A DNA stretch of 41,558 nucleotides from positions 1 to 41,558 of the forward strand of contig JACSRG010000691.1 in assembly GCA_014879865.1 (NCBI GenBank). Direction: 5' to 3'. How positions within the stretch are numbered: the first letter of the stretch is position 1; the number at the start of each line of letters is the position of its first letter. Shown here piece after piece: positions 16,198 through 25,204 of this stretch. Source of the stretch: Anaerolinea sp. GTDB lineage: Bacteria > Chloroflexota > Anaerolineae > Aggregatilineales > Phototrophicaceae. The position numbers were made by a program, and so were the translations under genes. The notes under the pieces are model-generated. The model was not told the origin of the DNA. It was given only the letters and a program-made list of their open reading frames with translations, and searched no databases.

Positions 16198-18555
16198 ATG
16201 CCCGCCCTTAGGCGAGGACGCCTGCGCGCAGGACGCCTGCGCACCGTCACGCTGCTGTTCGTCCTCATCGCCAGCCTCTACCTGACCACTTACAGCGCGC
16301 ATGTCGAAAGCGGAGATGCGCGCCGTCTTTTTGATTCGGCGAGCAGTCTTGTCGATCATGGCGACATGCTGCTCGATCTGTCGGTCTGGCAGTTCCCGCC
16401 GCAAGACTTCGACGTAGACAATCCGCTGCCGCTGCCCGGTGGCAATATCGAGCCGCTGCAAGTGATCGCGGTCGCGGCGTTGTACGCAGTGGCGAAAGTC
16501 ACGCCGTTCGGGTTGGTGCATACGGTCTACCTGCTGAACGTCATCGTCGGCGCGCTGGCGGGGTGCATCCTCTACCTGTATGCCCGGACGCTCGGCTACC
16601 GTGAGCGCACGGCGATCCTCGCCGCGCTGCTGTTCGCCGCCTGTACGGTCATGTGGGTGTACAGCAAATGGCTGTTCCGCGAACCGCTCCTGCTGCTCTT
16701 CCTCTTGCTCAGCGCGCTGCTGCTCGAACGACTGCGACGGGGCGGCTACCGGTCAATGCCGCTCGTGATCGGGCTGGTGTTCAGCGTGATCGCCTTGATC
16801 CTGACTAAAGCTTCCGCCGCGCTCGCTTTCCCCGCGCTGCTCGTTATCGCCCTGCCTGCACTGAACAACGTTCGTTGGCGGCGGTTGTTGATCGGCATTG
16901 GGATCGCGCTTGGACTGTTGATCGCCGTGTTCGGCGTGCTGGCGATTTACGGCGAGGCGGTCGGTTTAGGCGAACGGTACAACGTGCTGCGCTTAATCAG
17001 TCGTGCTTCGCCGCAGTACTTCATCATGGCGCTGCACACGTATCTGATCAGCCCCGGCGGGAGCATCTGGGGAACATCGCCGATTCTACTGCTCGCGCTG
17101 CCCGGTCTGGTGCTGTTCGTCCGGCGGCGGCAGTTCCGCTATCCCGTGGCGGTCACGCTGCTGCTGCTGGCGTTCGTCATCGGCTACGCATGGCTGAACG
17201 GGGTGCACTGGTTTGGCGGATTGTCCTTTCCGCCGCGCTTCTTGGTGCAGGTGATTCCGTTTCTGGTGATCGGCGCGCTGCCGGTGATCGACCGGCTTGC
17301 CAATGGACGATCTGCGTGGTGGTGGGTCGCCGCGTCGCTGATCGCGTACAGCCTGTGGGTGCAGATCACGGGCGCGTCGCTGCGCCTTGAGGCATACGTC
17401 GATCTGCTGCCGACGGAAGCCAACCGCTTGATCGAATGGGGTGGCGGGCTAAACGTCATGCGCTACCTGCGCCCGTTCCTGATTCCGTCGCTGTGGGGCG
17501 TGTACCCGGCGGATAACGCGTGGACGCAGATCGAGCGCGGCGGATACATCGCGGCGTTCGCGGGTGTGATCGTCGTCAGCGCGCTGCTGCTGGTTCGGCG
17601 CGCCCGCTGGTGGTCGCTCATCGCGGTCGCCTTCGCGCTGATTCTCGTAGTCGGTTTGCTCGATCTCTATCGTTCGGATGCGCGCTACCGTGCCTTTGAC
17701 GACGCGTTGTTCGCCACGCTGCCCGTGTTGGAGAGCGAAACCGATCCCGGTGACATCATCCTCTTGAGCAGTCCACGCTACGAAACGTTTTTCGCCAACG
17801 CTGGCAAACTCTGGGACGCCGGGCGCGTGATCGCGCTGTCGCAGCAGCCGGGAGACCGTCCCAGTGAAACACAGCCTGCCGAAATCGAAGCCGAGAACCC
17901 CGCCGCGCTGCTGACCAACCCGACGATTCAGCTTTTGACCAACCTCGCCGTGACGCATGATCGCCTATGGCTGCTCAACGATGGCAGCCCGGACATCTGG
18001 TGGAGCGTGCGTCCGGTGGAACGCTTCCTGTCGGCACGGTACTATCCGCTGAACTACCGCCGGATGGGGGATTTCGCGTGGCTGGTCGAATACAGCACGA
18101 TCACCGCGCCAGAGCGCTATGCCTACCGCGCCCCCGAATTGACAACCGATCTGGTGTTCGATGAAACGCTCCGGCTCGGCGGTTACGTGCTTCCGGCGGG
18201 AACGGTCTATGCGCCGGGGGCAGTCGTGCCGATCACGCTGTACTGGTTGACGGATGTTCCCATCGCAGGTAATTACTCGATTGGTTTCTACGTCAGAGCT
18301 ATGAACGGCAGTCCGGTTGCGCAGTTCGACTCGGCTCCCGACGGCGGCTTTGCGCCGACCTCGACATGGATTCCCGGTACGCCAGTTTGGGACAACCGCG
18401 CGGTTGTGCTGCCACTCGACTTACCCGCCGGGGAGTACGTGCTGTGGGTCAAAGTCTACGAGAATACGGGCGCGGTGCGCGACTTGCCCGTGACCAGCGG
18501 TACGGCGGTCGATGGCGTGATCGGGGTTCTGCCGACCCGAATCCAAGTGAGGTGA
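16198..18555 (+). CDS. Polytopic GT-C-fold (PMT/ArnT-like) glycosyltransferase with C-terminal Ig-like domain
   Basis: About 12 TM helices, acidic first loop (VESGD), FREP and WFGGLSFPPRFL motifs, C-terminal LYWL..AQFD..PTSTWIPG..LPAGEY domain. Confidence 0.65.
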   Translation: MPALRRGRLRAGRLRTVTLLFVLIASLYLTTYSAHVESGDARRLFDSASSLVDHGDMLLDLSVWQFPPQDFDVDNPLPLPGGNIEPLQVIAVAALYAVAKVTPFGLVHTVYLLNVIVGALAGCILYLYARTLGYRERTAILAALLFAACTVMWVYSKWLFREPLLLLFLLLSALLLERLRRGGYRSMPLVIGLVFSVIALILTKASAALAFPALLVIALPALNNVRWRRLLIGIGIALGLLIAVFGVLAIYGEAVGLGERYNVLRLISRASPQYFIMALHTYLISPGGSIWGTSPILLLALPGLVLFVRRRQFRYPVAVTLLLLAFVIGYAWLNGVHWFGGLSFPPRFLVQVIPFLVIGALPVIDRLANGRSAWWWVAASLIAYSLWVQITGASLRLEAYVDLLPTEANRLIEWGGGLNVMRYLRPFLIPSLWGVYPADNAWTQIERGGYIAAFAGVIVVSALLLVRRARWWSLIAVAFALILVVGLLDLYRSDARYRAFDDALFATLPVLESETDPGDIILLSSPRYETFFANAGKLWDAGRVIALSQQPGDRPSETQPAEIEAENPAALLTNPTIQLLTNLAVTHDRLWLLNDGSPDIWWSVRPVERFLSARYYPLNYRRMGDFAWLVEYSTITAPERYAYRAPELTTDLVFDETLRLGGYVLPAGTVYAPGAVVPITLYWLTDVPIAGNYSIGFYVRAMNGSPVAQFDSAPDGGFAPTSTWIPGTPVWDNRAVVLPLDLPAGEYVLWVKVYENTGAVRDLPVTSGTAVDGVIGVLPTRIQVR

Positions 18556-18559
18556 TGTG

Positions 18560-18967
18560 ATGGAAACACAAATGGCGCTCGAACGGACGATTCTCGAACG
18601 GTCGAAGGTGATCGCGGTGGTCGGTTATTCGAACGATCCGATGCGCACGAGCTACCAGATCGGCAGTTTTCTGAAACGGGTTGGCTACAAGGTGTACGCC
18701 GTCAACCCGACCGTGAACGAAATCGACGGCGAGAAGGTCTATCCATCGCTTGCCGATGTGCCCGAACCCATCGACATTGTAAACGTCTTCCGGCGATCTG
18801 AATATCTGTACGGCGTGGTCGAAGCGGCGCTTGCCGTCAAAGCGAAAGCGGTCTGGGCGCAGCTCGGCGTGTTTGATCCCGCCGCCGCCGACCTCGCCGC
18901 GCGTAACGGCATCGACCTGATCATGGATACGTGCATCAAGGTCAGCTACAACCACTTGATGCGTTGA
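18560..18967 (+). CDS. CoA-binding protein (YccU-like)
   Basis: IAVVGYSNDPMRTS, VNP, YPSLADVPEPIDIVNVFRRSE, WAQLG, MDTCIK. Confidence 0.92.
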   Translation: METQMALERTILERSKVIAVVGYSNDPMRTSYQIGSFLKRVGYKVYAVNPTVNEIDGEKVYPSLADVPEPIDIVNVFRRSEYLYGVVEAALAVKAKAVWAQLGVFDPAAADLAARNGIDLIMDTCIKVSYNHLMR

Positions 18968-18968
18968 G

Positions 18969-20414
18969 TCAGCGCGTGAGCACGAGCGCTTCTTTCTGCT
19001 CGTGGGTCATGAACGGGTCGCGCAGGATGTCGTCTTTGTAATCGACGCTTGAGTAGGTGATGTAGAGCGCGAAGATGAGCGCCAGCACGGTCAGCGCGAG
19101 CCTGACGTGCGGCTTCCAGCCGGTCGGGACAAGCGTCCACACCCGCGCCAACCATACGCCCACCAGCGCGCACAGCGGCGGCAGAAGCAACAGCAGGAAG
19201 CGTGGATCGTAGCTGACGAAAAGCCACCATGCCGCGAAGAACGGGAGCGTCCACACGAGGATCAGCAGGTGTTCGGGGGTGTCAAAATTGCGGTGGGCAA
19301 ACTGATGCACGACGGCGACACCTGACAGCAGCAGGCTGATCAGGATCAACCAGCCGGACACGGCGAAATTATCAGGTAGCGTTACGAAGATCAGCAGGCT
19401 TTCGAGCGTGCGCCGCGCTTGTTCCGTCCATGCGGTCGCCGGGATCAGGAAGCCCGCGCCGATCTGGTTGCGGATGTACCACGCCGCGCAGATCGCGGCG
19501 CACGCGGCAAGGCTGATCAGCGCGTGGCGCAGGACGATCCGCCGTCGGATCAGACACCACGCCAGCCAGACGCCTAACACAGGGACGCCAACGGTCAGCG
19601 CGGCGTTTTTGGTCCATGCTGCCAGACCGATCAGCGCGCCAAGCAGCAGCGCATCAGACGCGCGGCGGTTGTCCCACAAGCGGAACGCGAAAATCGCCGC
19701 CAGCGCATAGAAGAATGCCATCGGTAGGTCAACATAGCCGGAAGATGCCCATTTGCCGAAAGTGGGTGTGAGCGCGAGCGTCAGTGCTCCGAGCCAACCC
19801 GCCGCGCTGCTGCGCCCCGCTATCCGCTTGCCGAGCAAGTAGGTCGCCGGGAGGCAGCCCAACGCCAGCAGCGCGGGGATCACACGGGCGAGATAGTCGT
19901 TTTCCCACCCGGAGGCGACATAGGTGAACGTGTAGATCAACTGCATGTGGGGTGGGTAGGTGAGGTACAGGCTGTCCGCGCCGGTCAGCGGGATCAAGCC
20001 GCCAAGCTGGAACATTTGCTGCGCCTGCGGCTGATAAATGCCGAGCGTATCGTCCCGGTAGAACGGAAAATAGGCGGCGTTGAACAATACTGCCGCCCCG
20101 ATCAGGCAGAGGATGAGCAGGGCGATCCGGGGAAGCTCAGGCAGCGTGAGCGTCAGGCGTTTTGGCTGCCTCATCCACCACACGAACGCCGGAAGCATCA
20201 GCGCGAGATAGGGCAGGGTGATCGTCGCCACGCCGAAGGGAATGCCAAGCAGCGCCTCCCAGAACATGACGAGCGAGAGCGCGCCTGTACCCAACGCCAG
20301 CGTCAGCAAGAGCGTGAGCGTGGGCTGCGATTCGCGGCGCAGCAGCCATGCCGCTGACGGGTAGGTGGCAAGCAGCAGCCCGCCGACCAAACACCACGCA
20401 AGCACAGTCTGCAT
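18969..20414 (-). CDS. GT-C-fold (GT39/PMT_2-like) membrane glycosyltransferase
   Basis: Polytopic; YRDD acidic loop, YPP, GYVDLP, AAWTKNAA, WYIRN, DPRFLL. Confidence 0.75.
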   Translation of the reverse strand: MQTVLAWCLVGGLLLATYPSAAWLLRRESQPTLTLLLTLALGTGALSLVMFWEALLGIPFGVATITLPYLALMLPAFVWWMRQPKRLTLTLPELPRIALLILCLIGAAVLFNAAYFPFYRDDTLGIYQPQAQQMFQLGGLIPLTGADSLYLTYPPHMQLIYTFTYVASGWENDYLARVIPALLALGCLPATYLLGKRIAGRSSAAGWLGALTLALTPTFGKWASSGYVDLPMAFFYALAAIFAFRLWDNRRASDALLLGALIGLAAWTKNAALTVGVPVLGVWLAWCLIRRRIVLRHALISLAACAAICAAWYIRNQIGAGFLIPATAWTEQARRTLESLLIFVTLPDNFAVSGWLILISLLLSGVAVVHQFAHRNFDTPEHLLILVWTLPFFAAWWLFVSYDPRFLLLLLPPLCALVGVWLARVWTLVPTGWKPHVRLALTVLALIFALYITYSSVDYKDDILRDPFMTHEQKEALVLTR

Positions 20415-20441
20415 GTTACGCCCCGCTGGACGAGGGGATGA

Positions 20442-21410
20442 TCACGGCAGTTTGACCTGATTCGGCAGCGGCTGCCCCATCACCCCGGCGATCAGGTTCT
20501 CCGCTGCCATGAGCGCCATCTTATCGCGCGTTTTGACGGTTGCGCTGCCGATGTGCGGCACGACGAGCGCATTGGGCAGCGTGAGGATCGGATCGTCGAG
20601 CGGGATCGGTTCGGGATCGGTCACATCGAGCGCCGCACCCGCGATCACGCCGTCGCGCAGCGCTTCGTACAGCGCCCGCTGATCGACCGTACCGCCGCGC
20701 GTCGAGTTGATAAGGATGGCACTTGGCTTCATTTGTGCGAGCGTCTCCCGATTGATCAAGTGACGGGTTTCCGGCGTCAGCGGCGTGTGCAGCGAGACGA
20801 AATCAGAGTCGCGGAGCAGCGTTGGCAGGTCAACGCGAGTCGCGCCGTGCGCCTCTGCTTCGGTGTCGGTCAGGTGACGACTGGTTGCCAGAATGCGCAT
20901 GTCGAAGCCGCGCGCGCGCTTGGCGACTGCCTTACCGATCCGCCCCAATCCGATGATCCCCAGTGTCGCGCCGCTCAAATCTGCGCCGAGTAAGTGGCGT
21001 GGCTGCCACGTCGTCCAGTGACCGCTGCGGATGTATTCGACGCCTTCGGTCAAACGGCGCGCAGCGGCAAGCAGCAGGGCAAAGGCGAGGTCGGCGGTCG
21101 CGTCCGTCAGTACGCCGGGAGTATTGCCGACCGGGATACCGCGCGCTGCTGCGGCTCGCACGTCGATGTTGTCATAGCCGACCGCCATCTGGCTGATCAC
21201 CTTGAGACCCGCCCCCGCAGCGTCGATCAGCGCGGCGTCGATCCGCTCGGTCAACGTGCAGAGGATGCCGTCCATGCCGCCTACCCGCTTGGTAAGCTGG
21301 TCATAGGGCGCGGGCATTTCACTTTCCCAGACGTGCAGATCGCATACTTCGCGGATTCGGGTCAATCCTGCTTCGGGGATTTGACGGGTCACAAAGACTT
21401 TTGGTTTCAT
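20442..21410 (-). CDS. gyaR: D-2-hydroxyacid dehydrogenase (glyoxylate/hydroxypyruvate reductase, GyaR-like)
   Basis: AVGYDNID, NTPGVLTDATAD, GIIGLGRIG, INSTRG, LDVTDPEP, PHIGSAT; start at ATG 21410. Confidence 0.9.
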   Translation of the reverse strand: MKPKVFVTRQIPEAGLTRIREVCDLHVWESEMPAPYDQLTKRVGGMDGILCTLTERIDAALIDAAGAGLKVISQMAVGYDNIDVRAAAARGIPVGNTPGVLTDATADLAFALLLAAARRLTEGVEYIRSGHWTTWQPRHLLGADLSGATLGIIGLGRIGKAVAKRARGFDMRILATSRHLTDTEAEAHGATRVDLPTLLRDSDFVSLHTPLTPETRHLINRETLAQMKPSAILINSTRGGTVDQRALYEALRDGVIAGAALDVTDPEPIPLDDPILTLPNALVVPHIGSATVKTRDKMALMAAENLIAGVMGQPLPNQVKLP

Positions 21411-21544
21411 GAGGACAGCTTTTCGAACAGATGCAGTGTTTTCGGACAAACGCGCATGAGTGTACCACAAAACTAGTACTGGCTTGTCCTCTCGAAACCT
21501 TTAGAATCAACAGCGGATAGTCTGCAAGGAAGGCTTGGTTCTCG

Positions 21545-23350
21545 ATGAAATTCCGGCTCACGTGGCTGCTCACAATTCCCACTCTGCTGCTGCTTTACTT
21601 CGTGCTGCTGCGGACTGTTCCAGTGATGCAGCTTCATCAAGACGAATACTTGGTGTACTACTTCACCCGGTATGATCTTGCCTACACAGTGAATTATCTC
21701 GCTTCGCAAGACGTGCATCCGCCGCTGTGGTTCGGCGCGTTTGATCAATGGCGCACGGTCGCGGGTGACAGCGAATTCGCCGGACGCTACTTGTCGATTC
21801 TGTTCAGCACCATCACGCTGGCGATGGTTTATCGCCTCGGTCGGGATTGGTTTGGCACGGCGCGTGCCGGTCTTGCCACCATGATTCTGCTCGGACTCAG
21901 CGCTTATTTCTTGTCCTTCGCGCTCGAAATCCGCCCGTATGCCGCCGTGATGCTGCTCTCGTCCGTTTCGATGTGGCTGTTTGCGCGTTGGCTGGCACGG
22001 CGCACATGGCGGCTGGCGGTGGCGTATGGGGTCGTCTGTTCGATCATGTTCTATGTCCACTACTTCCTCGTATTTCTAGTCGCCGCGCAGGTGATCTATT
22101 TCCTCCTGTTTGTGCGCAGACCGGCGCGTGTCTGGCGGCAGGCGCTCGGAGCAGCGCTGACCGGGCTGATCGTGTGGTCACCATGGCTGCCGTCGTTTCT
22201 CAATCAGGTCAAAATTCTGCGCGAGGTCTCGGTGGAGTCCGGTATGGCGTACGGTACCGAGTTGGGTACGCCTGCTACGACTCAAGCCACCAATTTGACG
22301 ACCATCAGCCGCCTGATCACCTTGAGCACGAATGGACAGATCGCGCTGTTTGCCGGACTGCTGATCGTCGGCGCGGTGCTGCTCTGGCGGCAGTCCCGTT
22401 ATCGCCTCGCCGTGCTGTGGGCACTTGGCGTTCCGGCGGTCGCGCTGCTGGTGAATTTTGTGGCAGCCGTGTACACACCGCGCTACGTCTCGTACTTGAC
22501 CATCGGTCTGGCGCTGGTGATGGCTGCGGCGGTGGTCGCGCTGCCCCGTATCCGCCGCGTCCCGTTATGGATTCCTGTCTTGGCAGTGTGCGCGGTCGCG
22601 CTCGGCGTGAACGTCGCCGATCATCTGCCGGATAACATCGCCTACCGCGACATTTTCCGCGCGATGGACATCCACGACGGCGATGTCGTGTACTTCGATC
22701 ACGCCGGGGAAGCCGATATGGGGTTTCTTGGCTGGCAGATGGATTTGTACCTGCACCCCGGCTACCGCGTGATCTCCGACCACCAGTTGACGGATGCTCA
22801 GAGCGCGCGACGGGTGTGGTATATCACCGGGAATTGGTTTGACGACGATGTGCGCGCAGTGTTCGATGAACTCGAACACACGCACCCCGTCCAGACCGTG
22901 CTTGGGCAGTGTGACCGCGCATGGTGTTACCTGTCACAGCTTATGGAAGCGCCGCCGCTGACCGAACCGATCCGCTTTGGTGACCAGATGCTCTTCTGGG
23001 GGGCGGATGTAGACAGCGTCAGCCGGACGTCGATAGAGGCGCGTCTGTGGTGGCGCGTGGGACAAGCCCCGGATCGCGACTATTCGATTGGGCTGCATCT
23101 GCTTTCGGAGGATGGACGCTTAGTGGCGCAGTCGGACGGCGCAATTCAACACTACGGATTAGAAACTGTTCAGACTTCGTCACTGGAAGCGGGGCGAATC
23201 TACATAGATCACAGGACACTGAGTCTGCCGCCTGATCTAACGGACGGTATCTACACGCTGAGGTTAGTGGTATACCAGTCGTGGGATAACGAGCGGTTGA
23301 TGGTTGGAGAGAACGACTCTTACACGATTGATACCATCACGCTCCAATAG
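21545..23350 (+). CDS. GT-C-fold (GT39/ArnT-like) glycosyltransferase with C-terminal Ig-like domain
   Basis: LHQDE, DVHPPLWF, SEFAGRYLS, EIRPYA, YVHYF, YTPRY; C-terminal LWWR..DYSIGLHL..VAQSD..GIYTLRLVVY. Confidence 0.82.
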   Translation: MKFRLTWLLTIPTLLLLYFVLLRTVPVMQLHQDEYLVYYFTRYDLAYTVNYLASQDVHPPLWFGAFDQWRTVAGDSEFAGRYLSILFSTITLAMVYRLGRDWFGTARAGLATMILLGLSAYFLSFALEIRPYAAVMLLSSVSMWLFARWLARRTWRLAVAYGVVCSIMFYVHYFLVFLVAAQVIYFLLFVRRPARVWRQALGAALTGLIVWSPWLPSFLNQVKILREVSVESGMAYGTELGTPATTQATNLTTISRLITLSTNGQIALFAGLLIVGAVLLWRQSRYRLAVLWALGVPAVALLVNFVAAVYTPRYVSYLTIGLALVMAAAVVALPRIRRVPLWIPVLAVCAVALGVNVADHLPDNIAYRDIFRAMDIHDGDVVYFDHAGEADMGFLGWQMDLYLHPGYRVISDHQLTDAQSARRVWYITGNWFDDDVRAVFDELEHTHPVQTVLGQCDRAWCYLSQLMEAPPLTEPIRFGDQMLFWGADVDSVSRTSIEARLWWRVGQAPDRDYSIGLHLLSEDGRLVAQSDGAIQHYGLETVQTSSLEAGRIYIDHRTLSLPPDLTDGIYTLRLVVYQSWDNERLMVGENDSYTIDTITLQ

Positions 23351-23418
23351 TCCGAATTGGTCTTAAGGTGTGACAATGAATCGGCTACTATGGTGGGGTG
23401 TCACCAGCAGAGGATAGT

Positions 23419-25203
23419 ATGACATCTGAATTTACTGCGCGCGAGACGTTCCATACAGACCATAGCAGTCCGCTCCGGTTCATCTGGTCGCATATCCGTC
23501 GACATCCGGTATTTGCGGTCACGATGGCATTCGGCGCGTTGGCAAATGCCGTCTTCGCGATGGCGATCCCGTACTACACGGGAGCGGCGTTTACTGCGCT
23601 GAGCAACGGGGAAGGTCTGGACGCGGTAGCGTCGTTCGCCGTCGCCATTATCGTTTCGCAGCTATTGCGCGCGGGCTTGCAGCTTATGCGCAACTTCTCG
23701 GCAGAAATCTTCGCGCAGCGCATCGAGCGCGATGTGCGCGACGAGTTGTACGCCAGCTTGCTCGGCAAGAGCATGACCTTCCACGATATGCAGCCTGTCG
23801 GCGAGATCATGGCGCGCGTGACGAATGATGTGCGCGAATTAAACCTGATGATGAACCCCGGCATGAACCTGATCGTCGGGTCGGGGATGTTCCTGCTCAC
23901 GCCGCTGGTCGCCGTGCCGCGCATGTATCCGGCGCTCGTCCTGACGCCGCTCCTGTTCCTGATCGCGTATGCGCTCTCGCAGTATCGCTATCTGAGCGAA
24001 CTTGCTCCGGTCGCGCAGAACCTGCGCTCCGCCTTCGGGACGATGAACGCGCATGTCGCCGAAGCGCTTGAGGGGCTGCAAGTCGTCAAGGGGACGGCGC
24101 AAGAAAAGCGCGAGTCAGTCGAGTTCGCTGGCTTGTCCGACACGGTGCGCAAGTATGTTGTCCGGCAGGGCGACATCGAGGCACGCTACCTGCCGATGCT
24201 GCTGCTCGGCTTGGTGGTTGCCGCCGGGTTCCTGCATTCCGTGATCCTGTTCCGGCAGGGCTTGATCGAGATCGGGACGGTGGTCGCGTTCAACGGTCAA
24301 CTGCTGTTGTTCGGTTTCCCGGTGTTTACGTCACTGTCGTCGTTCTCGCAGGTCTCGCTTGGCTATGCCAGTGCGAAGCGCATCCTCGATATTCTCAACA
24401 CCGAAACCGAACTCGATCAGAACGCCGCAGGCTACGCCGAACCCCTCAAAGGTGCAATCGAGTTCGAGCAGGTCAACTTCGGCTACCTGTCCGACGACGC
24501 CGAAATCCTGCATGACATCTCATTCGCCGTCCGACCGGGCAAGACGGTCGCCATCGTCGGGCAAACCGGGTCGGGCAAAACCACGCTGACCAAACTCATC
24601 AACCGCACGTACGATGTGAACAGCGGGCGGGTGCTGATCGATGGGGTGGACGTGCGGCAGTGGAACATGGCGCGCTTGCGCTCGCAGATCAGCGTGATCG
24701 AACAGGATATTTTCCTGTTCAGCCGCTCGATTGCGGACAACATTCGCTTTGGCAAGCCCGAAGCCACTATCGAGGAAGTGATCGAGGCGGCGCAGAAAGC
24801 GCAGGCGCACGACTTCATCATGAGTTTCCCCGAAGGCTACGACACCATTGTCGGGCAGCGCGGCGTGACGCTTTCCGGCGGTCAGCGCCAGCGTCTGGCA
24901 CTGGCGCGCGCTTTCGTCACCAACCCGCCGATCTTGATCCTCGACGACAGCACGAGCGCGATTGACAGCGCGACGGAAGACAAAATCCAGAAGGCGATCT
25001 GGTCGGCGGCAAAGGGACGCACGACGCTGTTGATCACACATCGCCTCTCGCAAATCCGCTGGGCAGACCATATCGTCGTACTGCGTAAGGGGCGCGTCGT
25101 GGCTCAGGGCAGTCATGACGACCTGCTTGCCACCTCGGACGCCTACCGCCGGATTTTCGCCCGCTACGAAGCGCCTGAACGCGCGCGACAATCAGGAGAC
25201 TAG
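23419..25203 (+). CDS. Heterodimeric ABC exporter subunit 1 (TMD+NBD)
   Basis: Six-TM domain; Walker A GQTGSGKT, signature LSGGQ, Walker B ILILDD, switch THRL; GAGGA RBS. Confidence 0.93.
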   Translation: MTSEFTARETFHTDHSSPLRFIWSHIRRHPVFAVTMAFGALANAVFAMAIPYYTGAAFTALSNGEGLDAVASFAVAIIVSQLLRAGLQLMRNFSAEIFAQRIERDVRDELYASLLGKSMTFHDMQPVGEIMARVTNDVRELNLMMNPGMNLIVGSGMFLLTPLVAVPRMYPALVLTPLLFLIAYALSQYRYLSELAPVAQNLRSAFGTMNAHVAEALEGLQVVKGTAQEKRESVEFAGLSDTVRKYVVRQGDIEARYLPMLLLGLVVAAGFLHSVILFRQGLIEIGTVVAFNGQLLLFGFPVFTSLSSFSQVSLGYASAKRILDILNTETELDQNAAGYAEPLKGAIEFEQVNFGYLSDDAEILHDISFAVRPGKTVAIVGQTGSGKTTLTKLINRTYDVNSGRVLIDGVDVRQWNMARLRSQISVIEQDIFLFSRSIADNIRFGKPEATIEEVIEAAQKAQAHDFIMSFPEGYDTIVGQRGVTLSGGQRQRLALARAFVTNPPILILDDSTSAIDSATEDKIQKAIWSAAKGRTTLLITHRLSQIRWADHIVVLRKGRVVAQGSHDDLLATSDAYRRIFARYEAPERARQSGD

Positions 25204-25204
25204 G

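Noticed and set aside
21473-22060. 195-aa minus-strand ORF abutting the extended gyaR ORF
   Set aside because: Antisense to the GT-C gene with no motifs; the real gyaR start is at 21410
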